From positions 695,231-759,230 of the forward strand of contig QCOV01000001.1 in NCBI GenBank assembly GCA_003212795.1: a stretch of 64,000 nucleotides of DNA, given 5' to 3'. Every line of letters starts with the position of its first letter. Positions within the stretch are counted from its first letter, which is position 1. A program made the position numbers and the translations under genes. This document shows positions 19,659-29,278 of this stretch, one piece after another. This DNA comes from OCS116 cluster bacterium AG-435-F03. Its GTDB lineage: Bacteria; Pseudomonadota; Alphaproteobacteria; MED-G09. A model generated the notes under the pieces. The model searched no databases. It had not been told where the DNA came from and saw only the letters and a program-made list of their open reading frames with translations.

Positions 19659-20570
19659 TTATAATTTTTTAATAAAATAATCTATTATTTTATCTGATTC
19701 TTGCGTAGAAAAGCTTTTCCATGAAATCATCTGATGTTTTAACCATGTTATTTGTCTTTTTGCATATTGATGAGTTCTAAATTTAATCAAATCTTTAACT
19801 TCATCAATATTAATTTTTTTTTGTAAATATTCTTTAATTTCACTAACGCCAATTGCATTTAAAATAGGCGCTTTATCATCATAATTCTTATCTATTAAAG
19901 ACTGAACTTCTTCTATTACCCCTAATTGAAACATATGATCGCATCTATCATCACAGTTTTGGTAAAGCTTCTCTCTGTCGGTGTTAAGTTTAATTTTTAT
20001 AAAATTATCTTCAAAAACTTTTATTCTCTCCAATTTCCAATAATCAGATATCTTTTTACCAGTACCTCTAAATACTTCTAAAGCTCTTAAAACTCTTTGT
20101 TGATCATTTCTATCTATTGATTCATATGCTTGAATATCTATAACTTTAAGCTCTCCATATAGTTTTTCTAAACCTCTTATATTTAATTCTTTTTTTAACC
20201 TGACTCTTATTTCGTAATTAATATCAGGAATTGGCGATAATCCATCAGTCATAGCTTTAAAATACAAACCTGTTCCGCCAACGAGAATAGGTGTTGAATT
20301 TTTTTTTAAAATCTTTTGAGTTATTTTCTTTGCTTCATTAATCCATTTTCCTACTGACCATAATTCATCACCATTTACAAAACCATAAAGGTGGTGATTA
20401 GGGTCATTTTCTTTCGGCTTAGGTCGAGCAGTGAGTATTTCTAAATCTTTATAAATTTGTATTGAATCAGCATTAATTATTTCACCATCTATTTTTTTAG
20501 CCAATGTATTTGCAAGTGATGATTTTCCCGATGCTGTAGGTCCAGCTATAAGAATAATTTTGTTTTCCAT
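19659..20570 (-). CDS. miaA: tRNA dimethylallyltransferase
   Basis: MENKIILIAGPTASGKS P-loop N-terminus. The track start at 20612 is TTG and adds a 14-aa extension, so the ATG at 20570 is preferred. Confidence 0.9.
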   Translation of the reverse strand: MENKIILIAGPTASGKSSLANTLAKKIDGEIINADSIQIYKDLEILTARPKPKENDPNHHLYGFVNGDELWSVGKWINEAKKITQKILKKNSTPILVGGTGLYFKAMTDGLSPIPDINYEIRVRLKKELNIRGLEKLYGELKVIDIQAYESIDRNDQQRVLRALEVFRGTGKKISDYWKLERIKVFEDNFIKIKLNTDREKLYQNCDDRCDHMFQLGVIEEVQSLIDKNYDDKAPILNAIGVSEIKEYLQKKINIDEVKDLIKFRTHQYAKRQITWLKHQMISWKSFSTQESDKIIDYFIKKL

Positions 20571-20677
20571 GCTATTAAATAATAAAATAAGTTTAGAAAA
20601 AATAAATACCAAAATTTAACAAACTATTTTATCTAAATATGTTATCTAGGTATCTATTAATATACAAAAGAGAAATA

Positions 20678-21916
20678 ATGTCATTAATCCTACCCTTTAA
20701 AGCTCTAAGACCATCAATAGATAAGGCTAGTGATGTAATTGCGCCACCTTACGATGTTTTAGATTCTGGTGAAGCAAGAGAAATGGCAAAAGACAAACCA
20801 TATAGTTTTTTGCATATCTCAAAACCAGAAATTGATCTTGAGGAAGAAATAAATTTTAATGATGAAAGCGTTTATAAAAAAGGGGCAGAAAATTTAAAAA
20901 ATTTTATCGAGGACGGTATTCTTTATCAAGATAAGAAAGAATGTTTATATCTTTATGAAATAACCCTTGATAACAAGACTCAGACGGGATTTGGTTGTAT
21001 TGCTTCAATTGAAGCTTATAACAAAAATATAATAAAAAAACATGAATTTACAACTCCAATAAAAGAAGATGATCGTGTTTTAAATATCAAAGAGCTTGAA
21101 GCTCAAACAGGTCCTGTTTTACTGGCTTACAAACAGAACTCTTTTATGAAAAAAGTGTTAGAGGAAAATAAAAAAGGTGATCCAATTTATAGTGTAATAG
21201 GTCCAGACTCTTCAGAACATAAAATATGGCCAATAGAGGATGAACTAGAGATAAATAAAATTGTTTCTGAAGTGAATTCCATGGGTACATTATATATAGC
21301 TGATGGACATCATAGATCTGCTGCTGCATCAAGAGTTAGTCAAGAAATAAATGAATCTGGAACTAATGATTCAAAAAGTCACAATTTTTTTCTATCAGTT
21401 GCTTTCCCTCACTCTGAAATGAATATCTTAGATTACAATAGAATTATTTCAGGATTAAATAATTATACTTCAGATGAAATTTTAAATGAGATTAATAAAA
21501 ATTTTATAATTAATAATATGTCTAGTTCATGCAAGCCTGTTCAAAATAACGAATTTGGAATGTTTTTGGATAACGCTTGGTACAAACTTAATTTAAAAGA
21601 AAGTATCACTGTAAAGGATGATCCAGTCACTTCATTAGATGTGTCTATTTTACACGATTTAATTATTTCTCCATTACTTGGAATTGAAGATGAGAGAAGA
21701 GATAAAAGGATAAATTTTGTAGGCGGTGCGAGAGGGGTAGAAGAATTAGAAAAAAGAGTAAAACATGGTAAGTACGATATAGCTTTTTCTTTATTCCCAA
21801 CCCCTATTGAAGCACTTTTTAAGGTTGCAGATGCAGATAAGGTAATGCCTCCTAAATCTACATGGTTTGAACCAAAGTTACTTGATGGATTACTATCTCA
21901 TAAGATAAATGATTAA
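20678..21916 (+). CDS. DUF1015 family protein (function unknown)
   Basis: The N-terminus MSLILPFKALRP...APPYDV and the ADGHHR motif are characteristic of DUF1015. The ATG at 20678 is preferred over 20639. Confidence 0.7.
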   Translation: MSLILPFKALRPSIDKASDVIAPPYDVLDSGEAREMAKDKPYSFLHISKPEIDLEEEINFNDESVYKKGAENLKNFIEDGILYQDKKECLYLYEITLDNKTQTGFGCIASIEAYNKNIIKKHEFTTPIKEDDRVLNIKELEAQTGPVLLAYKQNSFMKKVLEENKKGDPIYSVIGPDSSEHKIWPIEDELEINKIVSEVNSMGTLYIADGHHRSAAASRVSQEINESGTNDSKSHNFFLSVAFPHSEMNILDYNRIISGLNNYTSDEILNEINKNFIINNMSSSCKPVQNNEFGMFLDNAWYKLNLKESITVKDDPVTSLDVSILHDLIISPLLGIEDERRDKRINFVGGARGVEELEKRVKHGKYDIAFSLFPTPIEALFKVADADKVMPPKSTWFEPKLLDGLLSHKIND

Positions 21917-23382
21917 TCAGTCTGCTCTTTATTAAATGAAAGCGCAACCAAAGATGAAACTCTGTATTCTGGTCTCCAAACCCTAAGAAGAATTCTTTCA
22001 TCTCCAGCATCTTTTCTTTCCTGAAGAATTTTATAAACTTGATCGGGGTTTACGACTTTGACTGTGGATTGATAAGTCATATTGCCTGTGACTTTTTGAT
22101 AAGTAACACTCATTAAAACACTTCCTGAGGTAATCTTTTTTGAGATAGCCTCTGAGTCTTCATCAACATCTATAACTGCAACACCAATTATATTTGAAGG
22201 AATATTTTCTTTTCTGCGTATTTCAGCTGTAAGTTCTCCAAAACTAATGCCTAAAATCTTTTTTGACTCTCCCTCAACTTCACCTTTAAGAAAAGACTCC
22301 TCATTACCCTCTAATCTTCCTAATTTAACAGTGACAGTTTTATTTTTTCCAAGTCGGATTAATTCGACTTTAACCCTTTTACCTATATCAGTATTTGCAA
22401 CATTAGTTGTTAATTCTCTCATTTTATTAATGTCTTTACCGCCAAATTTAATAATAACATCACCGGTCTCTATACCAGCTTTATCTGCGGGACCTCCTTT
22501 AACAACATCCTGCACAAGTGCTCCTCTTTCTTCCTTTAAATCCATATCTTTGGCTACATCTTCAGTAACATCCTGAATGACAACACCTAACCAACCTCTT
22601 CTTGTTTCGCCATATTCCTTTAATTGACTAATAACAGGTTGAACTAATTCAGAGGGTATTGAAAAACCTATACCAATAGATCCACCAGTTTGCGAAAAAA
22701 TCATTGTATTAACTCCAATAACTTCTCCATCAAGATTTATAAGCGGTCCACCAGAGTTCCCTTTATTAATCGGTGCATCAGTTTGAATAAAGCTGTCATA
22801 GGGGCCTGAGCGAATATCTCTGCCAACTGCAGAAATAATACCTGCTGTTACACTTCCTCCAAGCCCAAGAGGATTACCAATAGCAATTACCCATTCTCCA
22901 ACTTTTGACTTTTTGCTATCTCCAAAAGTAATAAAAGGTAGGTCTTTATCCGCTTCAATCTTAAGAAGTGCTAAATCCATTCTGGAATCAAGGCCTATAA
23001 CATCAGCTACAAATGTTTCATCATTATTAAGTGTTACTTTTACTGTGGTTGCACCCTCAACGACATGATTATTGGTTACAATATAACCATCGCTTGAAAT
23101 TATAAAACCTGAACCACCTGACCTTTGAGGTCGTCTATTTTTTCTATTAGGCCTCCTTTCAAAAAAATCTCTAAACGGATCATCAAAAAAGAAAGGTGGG
23201 GCTTCTCTAGATTCATCCTCATCATCTTCTTCTTTAAATTCCTTTTCTGAAAGAATATTAACAACAGAAGGAGAGTATTCTTCTGCTAACTCAGTAAAAT
23301 CAGGTAACTCAATAGAATAAACAGGACCTGAAACAAAAAATAGAAATAGAATAAAGAAATAGTATCGACTGAAGCTTATCAT
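21913..23382 (-). CDS. degP: Periplasmic serine endoprotease DegP/HtrA (Do family)
   Basis: Signal peptide, catalytic triad context TNNHVV / DLALLK / GNSGGPL, and two PDZ-like regions. It follows hflKC, as in many alphaproteobacteria. Confidence 0.9.
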   Translation of the reverse strand: MISFSRYYFFILFLFFVSGPVYSIELPDFTELAEEYSPSVVNILSEKEFKEEDDEDESREAPPFFFDDPFRDFFERRPNRKNRRPQRSGGSGFIISSDGYIVTNNHVVEGATTVKVTLNNDETFVADVIGLDSRMDLALLKIEADKDLPFITFGDSKKSKVGEWVIAIGNPLGLGGSVTAGIISAVGRDIRSGPYDSFIQTDAPINKGNSGGPLINLDGEVIGVNTMIFSQTGGSIGIGFSIPSELVQPVISQLKEYGETRRGWLGVVIQDVTEDVAKDMDLKEERGALVQDVVKGGPADKAGIETGDVIIKFGGKDINKMRELTTNVANTDIGKRVKVELIRLGKNKTVTVKLGRLEGNEESFLKGEVEGESKKILGISFGELTAEIRRKENIPSNIIGVAVIDVDEDSEAISKKITSGSVLMSVTYQKVTGNMTYQSTVKVVNPDQVYKILQERKDAGDERILLRVWRPEYRVSSLVALSFNKEQTD

Positions 23383-23386
23383 TATT

Positions 23387-24370
23387 TTAATCTAACTTAA
23401 CTAATTCGGGGCATAACTTATCACTCAATCTATCATTGCTTTGAATTACGCTTATTAGTTCAATATTCTCTTTAGTAAGTTTAGTAACATTAGAGTCATC
23501 ATTAGATATCGCATTTGGGTCATTGAGAAATTTAAAAAACTCACTGTCTGGTGATAAAACTATAGTTGTATCTGATCCAAGAGATTCTTCATATGATTTC
23601 ATCGATCGATAAAAAGCGAAGAAATCCGGATCAAGACCATAAGCAGAAGCAAAAATTCTATTCCTACATGCATCACCAGTACCTCTTATAATCTCAGCAT
23701 CTCTAGTAGCTTCTGCCACGAGAACTGTAACTTTTTTTTCAGCTTCGGCTCTTATTCCTCTTGAAATTTCTTGGCCTTTAGCCCTAAATTCTGCAGCCTC
23801 TTGCTGTCTTTCAGTTTGCATTCTTCTATATATAGCCTGACTATTTGCATCGGGTAGATCTGCTCTTTTAATTCTAACATCTATAATATTTATCCCTAAA
23901 TCATTTGCCTGCGCATTAACTATTTCGCTAATACGAGCCATTAATTCATCTCTTTCATCTCTAACAACAGTTACAAACTCTTCACCACCTAGAACAGACC
24001 TTAAACTAGAAGAAACAATAGCTTGAAGTCTTGAGCGAGCAATTCTTTCATCGCGAACACTTATATAAAACTGAAGAGGATCACTTATTTGCCATCTGGT
24101 AAATGAATCAACAACCAAACGCTTTTGATCTGATGCAATAACTTCCTCTGCAGGTGAATCTAAATCAAGAATTCTGCGGTCTAAAAATTGAACTTGCTGA
24201 ATGAATGGCACTTTAATTTTAAGGCCAGCATCAGTTATTGGAGCGCCAACTGGTCTCCCAAATTGCAGAACAATAGCTTGTTTTGTTTCATGTACAGAAT
24301 AAAATGTATTAACTGAAACTAAAAATAGTAGACCCAAGAAAATCAGTAATGCTATTTGCTTTCCCTTCAT
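23387..24370 (-). CDS. hflC: FtsH protease modulator HflC
   Basis: SPFH/band-7 domain with an N-terminal TM segment, downstream of hflK. Confidence 0.9.
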   Translation of the reverse strand: MKGKQIALLIFLGLLFLVSVNTFYSVHETKQAIVLQFGRPVGAPITDAGLKIKVPFIQQVQFLDRRILDLDSPAEEVIASDQKRLVVDSFTRWQISDPLQFYISVRDERIARSRLQAIVSSSLRSVLGGEEFVTVVRDERDELMARISEIVNAQANDLGINIIDVRIKRADLPDANSQAIYRRMQTERQQEAAEFRAKGQEISRGIRAEAEKKVTVLVAEATRDAEIIRGTGDACRNRIFASAYGLDPDFFAFYRSMKSYEESLGSDTTIVLSPDSEFFKFLNDPNAISNDDSNVTKLTKENIELISVIQSNDRLSDKLCPELVKLD

Positions 24371-25470
24371 TATTGATCTCCTTTTTTTCTTACTTCATTG
24401 AGAGGCAGGTATGGTAATACCCCCTGTCCACCTACTGCATCACTATCAATAATTACTTTATTCATATCATTAAAAACTTTTTCCATAGTTTCTAAAAACA
24501 ACCTCTGTCGAGTAACATCTTTTGCTTCGATATATTCGGAATATATGGACACAAACCTTTTAGCTTGTCCTTCAGCTTCAGCAACAGTTTGGGATTGATA
24601 TGCTTCTGATTCTCTTCTAATCTTTTCTGATTCACCTTGAGCTTCTGGTACAACCTTATTTGCATAAGCATTAGCCTCATTTCTCGCTCTTTCTTGGTCA
24701 GCTCTTGCAGCCTGAACATCTCTAAAAGAATCAATAACAGCTGAAGGTGGATCAACTTTCTGCATCTTTACTTCTCTGATCTGTATTCCAGCACCATAAG
24801 AATCTAATGTTTCTTGCATTAATCCTCGTACACCTTCTTCAGTTTTTTGTCTTGCGCCAGTTAATATTGGTTGAATTTCTGAATTACCTACAACTTCTCT
24901 CATAGCGCTCTCTGCAACGGCTTTAATGGTTCTTTCAGGAAATTGAATTCTAAACAAGAAAGCTGCCGCATCGCTAATAACCCAAAAAACAGAAAAATCT
25001 ATATCTACAATATTTTCATCACCTGTTAGCATTAAGCTCTCTTCTGGAACATCTCTCATTGATCGAGAAGTATTCCCAAATGATGATGATGATGATCCTC
25101 TCATTCCAATGTCAATTCTATTTACAATAGTAACTTTTGGTGTCTTAACGCTTTCGATTGGCCAAGGAAGATGGTAATGAAGACCAGGAGAAGTTTGGCT
25201 AACGAACTTTCCAAATCTTAAAACGACTCCTTGCTCGTCAGCATTAACTCTATATAAACCACTAAGAGCCCATAATAAAATAACGATAATAAAAAGGAGA
25301 AACAAACCTCTTTTTCCTTTACCACCACCTGGTATTAACCTGTTTAAGTTTTTTTGAAATCCATCAAATGGGTTTTCAAAATTAGGTTGCCTTTGATTAT
25401 TTGATGAACCTCCCCATGGATCTCTATTATCACCATTCCAACCACTTGTATTTTTATTTACTGTTGTCAT
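24370..25470 (-). CDS. hflK: FtsH protease modulator HflK
   Basis: SPFH domain with a Gly/Asn-rich N-terminus and a TM segment. Its stop overlaps the hflC start by 1 nt. Confidence 0.9.
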   Translation of the reverse strand: MTTVNKNTSGWNGDNRDPWGGSSNNQRQPNFENPFDGFQKNLNRLIPGGGKGKRGLFLLFIIVILLWALSGLYRVNADEQGVVLRFGKFVSQTSPGLHYHLPWPIESVKTPKVTIVNRIDIGMRGSSSSSFGNTSRSMRDVPEESLMLTGDENIVDIDFSVFWVISDAAAFLFRIQFPERTIKAVAESAMREVVGNSEIQPILTGARQKTEEGVRGLMQETLDSYGAGIQIREVKMQKVDPPSAVIDSFRDVQAARADQERARNEANAYANKVVPEAQGESEKIRRESEAYQSQTVAEAEGQAKRFVSIYSEYIEAKDVTRQRLFLETMEKVFNDMNKVIIDSDAVGGQGVLPYLPLNEVRKKGDQ

Positions 25471-25576
25471 AAAACCTACTACTTTTATTTAAAACTAATT
25501 ACCTTATGTGGCTCTTATAGGACAAAATTCAATACCAGGTAAATAGATTTTATAAATATTAACAAAATTTAATCAA

Positions 25577-26638
25577 ATGGATAGGAAAATGTCTAATATA
25601 TCTAAAGAAGAAATATTAAAATTAGTAAAAGAAATTTCTTTAGATAAAGATGAAAGTATTTTCTCAAGCGATTTAATTGAAGATATAGTGATCAAAGAAG
25701 GCCATGTTCAAATATCAATATTTGCTAATAAAGATAATTTTCAAATTTTAGAAAAAGTAGGCAAAAAGATTGAAAAAACCCTAAAAAAATCAATCAACGC
25801 ATTAAGTATTACATCTGTTCTAACAAATCATATTGAAAGCAATCAAGTAGATCAAAAAGATGATCAAGTAGATCAAAAAGATGATAATGAAAGCCTTAAA
25901 AAGGTTAAAAATATTATTGCCATTGCCAGTGGCAAGGGAGGAGTTGGAAAATCTACTCTTGCTGTAAATATAGCATATTCATTTCTCAAACAAAATTTTA
26001 AAGTTGGTCTCCTGGACGCTGATATACACGGCCCATCTATACCTCATATGCTAAATTTAGAAGGTAAACCTGAATTAAATGAAAACAGAAAAATAATTCC
26101 TTTTGATTATAAGGGAATTAAAGTGATGTCGATTGGCTTCTTACTTAATGAAGATCAACCAGTAATATGGAGGGGGCCTATGGTGCATTCAGCCATTAAA
26201 CAAATGGCACAAGATACTGATTGGGGTAACCTTGATATCTTAATTGTAGATATGCCTCCAGGTACTGGTGATGCTCAAATTACCGTTTCTCAAAACCTAC
26301 CTTTGAATGGAGCAATTGTAATATCAACTCCTCAATCTGTTGCCCTAAATGATGCAAAAAAAGCAATAGGTATGTTTGAAAAAGTTGATGTCAAAATTCT
26401 TGGTATTGTAGAAAATATGTCCTACTTTATTCTTCCAGACGGATCTAAGGAGGATATTTTTGGTAAAGATGGAGGAAAAAACTTAGCTAAAGAATTAAAA
26501 GTTAATTTTATTGGGTCTATTCCTCTAGATAAAGAAATTAGATTAAATTCTGATCTAGGTGACCCCTCAAAGCTTGAAGAAAAATATTTTGATGAAATAG
26601 CTAATTCTTTTTTAAAAAATTCAAAATTAAAAATTTAA
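25577..26638 (+). CDS. apbC: Mrp/ApbC/NBP35-family P-loop ATPase, cysteine-free variant
   Basis: Deviant Walker A SGKGGVGKST, DMPPGTGD, an ENMSYF block, and an N-terminal DUF59-like domain. There is no Cys anywhere in the 353-aa translation. Confidence 0.85.
   Translation: MDRKMSNISKEEILKLVKEISLDKDESIFSSDLIEDIVIKEGHVQISIFANKDNFQILEKVGKKIEKTLKKSINALSITSVLTNHIESNQVDQKDDQVDQKDDNESLKKVKNIIAIASGKGGVGKSTLAVNIAYSFLKQNFKVGLLDADIHGPSIPHMLNLEGKPELNENRKIIPFDYKGIKVMSIGFLLNEDQPVIWRGPMVHSAIKQMAQDTDWGNLDILIVDMPPGTGDAQITVSQNLPLNGAIVISTPQSVALNDAKKAIGMFEKVDVKILGIVENMSYFILPDGSKEDIFGKDGGKNLAKELKVNFIGSIPLDKEIRLNSDLGDPSKLEEKYFDEIANSFLKNSKLKI
25844..25885 (+). repeat. Perfect 2 x 21-bp in-frame tandem duplication (QVDQKDD QVDQKDD) in the mrp interdomain linker
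   Basis: caagtagatcaaaaagatgat occurs twice back to back (25844-25864 and 25865-25885). Confidence 0.95.
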
Positions 26639-27547
26639 TTTATGACCAGATATATTCCAATCTGTTTTTACTAATCTGCCAGTTGAGGAAAGAGTTATAT
26701 AAGCTGTCTTTAAATCATCTCCACCAAAACAGATATTCGTAGTAAGTAAATCATCTGTTTCAAAAAATTCATAGCCAGATTTATCTGGAGCAATTCTTGT
26801 AATGCCACCTTTAAATATTGTTGCTACATTTATCCACCCTTCTGAATCCACTGCTAAAGAGTCAAATAAAGCTAGTTCAGCTGAACCATGGATAAAATGC
26901 ATACCACTATGTACTCCAAAAGATTTTGGTCCACTTATTACTCCAGGTTCAGTTATTGGATAACCCCATAGCCTCCCAGGAGTAGTATCGGCAACATACA
27001 CGACATCTTCATTTGGAGATAATCCCACACCATTGGCACTTTCAATGGGAAAAACCACTTCTTTTATAAACTTACCATCTGGTGTTGCATAAAATAATGC
27101 TCCCTGATCTTTCTGCCTGCCATACGATTTACCAAGATCTGTAAACCAAAAACCACCCTCTTTATCGAAAACTATATCATTAGGTCCTTTTAGTGGGTCT
27201 CCATCACATTCAGTGTATATTGTTTCTATTGAACCAGTTTTAAGATCAACCTTTTCTATCCTTCCTCCAGAATAATTATCGCCCTGTCCTCCAGGTATTA
27301 AAAGGCCATCTATATTATGCCATTCAAATCCACCATTATTACAAACATAAACACATCCATCAGGGCCTATAGCTGCTCCATTTGGACCGCCACCAAGCTC
27401 AGCGATAATATCTTTTGATCCATTTTTATGAACTTGCGTTAATGTACCTCTTGCAATTTCTACTAATATTATTGATCCATCTGGCATAGCGATCGGGCCT
27501 TCTGGAAACATTAAATCGTTTGTGATCTCTATGTATTCTTTTTTCAT
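26627..27547 (-). CDS. SMP-30/gluconolactonase/LRE-like beta-propeller protein
   Basis: 306 aa with FPEGPIAMPDGS, PNDIVFDKEGGFWFTD, ANGVGLSPNE, and a C-terminal NICFGGDDLKTAYIT. Confidence 0.8.
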   Translation of the reverse strand: MKKEYIEITNDLMFPEGPIAMPDGSIILVEIARGTLTQVHKNGSKDIIAELGGGPNGAAIGPDGCVYVCNNGGFEWHNIDGLLIPGGQGDNYSGGRIEKVDLKTGSIETIYTECDGDPLKGPNDIVFDKEGGFWFTDLGKSYGRQKDQGALFYATPDGKFIKEVVFPIESANGVGLSPNEDVVYVADTTPGRLWGYPITEPGVISGPKSFGVHSGMHFIHGSAELALFDSLAVDSEGWINVATIFKGGITRIAPDKSGYEFFETDDLLTTNICFGGDDLKTAYITLSSTGRLVKTDWNISGHKLNF

Positions 27548-27559
27548 AAGAATATCTTA

Positions 27560-28063
27560 TTAAATTTTTTCGTAAATTACCATCGAATGATAAGCATCGT
27601 CTTCCGGTTCTTTTGATTTTTCTTCGCGTTTTACTTCTTTAAATTTTGAGCTATCTATTTTAGGAAAAAAAGCATCACCTTCGACTTCTATATCAACTTC
27701 GGTTATATATAATCGGTCAGATACAGTTATGAATTCATTATAAATATAACCACCGCCTATAATCATTATTTCATTTGCACCATTTTCTTTAGCTCTTTGT
27801 TTTGCAATCGTAATAGCTTCCTCAGGTGATGAGGTTAGTATTGCACCCTCCAAATTAAGATTTTTATTTCTAGAGATAACAATATTGTCTCTGTTAGGAA
27901 GAGGTCTTCCAATTGAATCCCATGTCTTTCTTCCCATTATTATAGGCTTGTAGGATGTAATTTCTTTAAATTTTTTTAAATCAGAAGGTATATTCCATGG
28001 AAGATCGCCATCAGCTCCAATAACGCCATTCTTATCAATTGCTGCAATTAAACTAATAATCAT
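27560..28063 (-). CDS. folA: Dihydrofolate reductase
   Basis: MIISLIAAIDKNGVIGADGDLPW...IMGRKTWDSIG. The ATG at 28063 is preferred because the track start at 28144 would overlap thyA by 77 nt. Confidence 0.9.
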   Translation of the reverse strand: MIISLIAAIDKNGVIGADGDLPWNIPSDLKKFKEITSYKPIIMGRKTWDSIGRPLPNRDNIVISRNKNLNLEGAILTSSPEEAITIAKQRAKENGANEIMIIGGGYIYNEFITVSDRLYITEVDIEVEGDAFFPKIDSSKFKEVKREEKSKEPEDDAYHSMVIYEKI

Positions 28064-28067
28064 TTTA

Positions 28068-28862
28068 CTAAACAGCAACTGGAGCAGAAATGTGAGGATG
28101 CGGATCATAATCCTCAAGAATAAAATCCTCATACTCGAAATCAAAAATTGTTTTTGGATCAGAGGTTATTTTCATTTTTGGTAATGATTTAGGGGATCTT
28201 GCTAGTTGCTCTTCAGCTTGAGAAAGGTGATTTGAATATAAATGCGCATCACCAAAAGTATGAACAAATTCACCAAGATTTAATTTTGTAACTTTTGCTA
28301 TCATCATAGTTAAAAGCGCATAAGAAGCGATATTAAATGGTACACCAAGAAAAATATCAGCAGATCTTTGATAGAGCTGGCAGGATAGTTTTCCATTACT
28401 AACATAGAATTGAAAAAGACAATGGCATGGCGGTAAAGCCATTTTTTCAACATCCGTTGGATTCCAAGCTGAGACAATTAATCTTCTGGAGTCAGGGTTA
28501 TTCTCTATTTGCTCAATAAGTTGAGTAATTTGATCGATTTTTCCTCCATCATCTGAAGGCCAAGATCTCCATTGATGACCGTAAACAGGGCCCAACTCTC
28601 CATTACTGTCAGCCCATTCATCCCATATACTTACCCCATTATCTTTTAGATACCTGATATTTGTTTCCCCTTTCAAAAACCATAAAAGTTCATATATTAT
28701 TGATTTCAAATGTACTTTTTTTGTTGTTAATAATGGAAAACTTTCGGCTAAATCAAATCTCATTTGATGACCGAATACTGATCTTGTTCCTGTTCCAGTT
28801 CTATCAGATTTTTCTTCACCATTATCCATAACATGACGAAGAAGGTTTAAGTACTGTTGCAT
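28068..28862 (-). CDS. thyA: Thymidylate synthase (ThyA type)
   Basis: 264 aa with [12 protein letters not shown] and the active-site sequence [12 protein letters not shown]. Confidence 0.95.
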   Translation of the reverse strand: MQQYLNLLRHVMDNGEEKSDRTGTGTRSVFGHQMRFDLAESFPLLTTKKVHLKSIIYELLWFLKGETNIRYLKDNGVSIWDEWADSNGELGPVYGHQWRSWPSDDGGKIDQITQLIEQIENNPDSRRLIVSAWNPTDVEKMALPPCHCLFQFYVSNGKLSCQLYQRSADIFLGVPFNIASYALLTMMIAKVTKLNLGEFVHTFGDAHLYSNHLSQAEEQLARSPKSLPKMKITSDPKTIFDFEYEDFILEDYDPHPHISAPVAV

Positions 28863-28949
28863 AAATTACTCCACGACTCACATTCTATTTTAAACAAGTT
28901 ATTTGACACTTCAAATTTTAATTGATCCCGTATATAACTAATTTGCTGT

Positions 28950-29240
28950 TTACAGCTATGGCAATAAACGGATTATGTAATAAACTTATCGGACCCGGGG
29001 GCGGTACCCGGCACCTCCACCATAAATATGGGGGTGAAATAGGATCGACGAAAGTGTAAAGATTCTCTTTTTGCTCGGCATTGTACCGCCGTTATCGGGC
29101 TATTTTATAGTTGCAAATGACGACTATGCAGAGCTACCTCTCGCTGCTTAAGCGCGAGCGCTCAAATTAACTCCTAATTAGTTGCATAATTAGGCGGGGC
29201 TTGAGAAGCGCCTGGCAACAGAAGCTTCTCGCTAATTTAA
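28950..29240 (+). ncRNA. ssrA: Two-piece (circularly permuted) tmRNA gene. The acceptor piece ends in CCA at 29022, a 7-nt spacer follows, and the coding piece starts at 29030. The outer boundaries are approximate.
   Basis: GGAC-CCGGG-GGCGGUA-CCCGG-CACCUCC-ACCA (28991-29022) forms the T-arm plus the 3' acceptor strand. GGGGGUGAAAUAGGAUCGACG (29030 onward) pairs with it to give a 7-bp acceptor stem with G3-U. The resume context AUAGUUGCAAAUGACGA matches E. coli AUAGUCGCAAACGACGA. The region is a GC-rich island in AT-rich DNA. Confidence 0.9.
29113..29151 (+). other. tmRNA tag reading frame ANDDYAELPLAA plus UAA stop
   Basis: gca aat gac gac tat gca gag cta cct ctc gct gct taa. It begins AND and ends LAA, as proteolysis tags do. 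Confidence 0.85.
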
Positions 29241-29278
29241 TAAAAATTAAATTTTCCTCTAAAAAAGAGTCAGCTATA

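Noticed and set aside
24492-24755. Same-strand alternative-frame ORF (87 aa) within hflK. Similar cases are 57544-57735 in the GST gene and 59867-60058 / 59859-60122 antisense to the PMM gene.
   Set aside because: They are embedded in well-supported genes, the translations are Lys/Leu-rich low-complexity sequence, and there is no independent signal.
28903-28936. TTGACA (28903-28908) and TATATA (28931-28936) as the ssrA promoter.
   Set aside because: The hexamers are 22 nt apart, too far for a sigma-70 promoter. No better-spaced pair was found, so no promoter is called.
29201-29278. N-terminal 26-codon extension of the fumC ORF given in the ORF track ([26 protein letters not shown]).
   Set aside because: It overlaps the 3' part of the tmRNA gene and its terminal hairpin. 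Fumarase homology only begins after the ATG at 29279.
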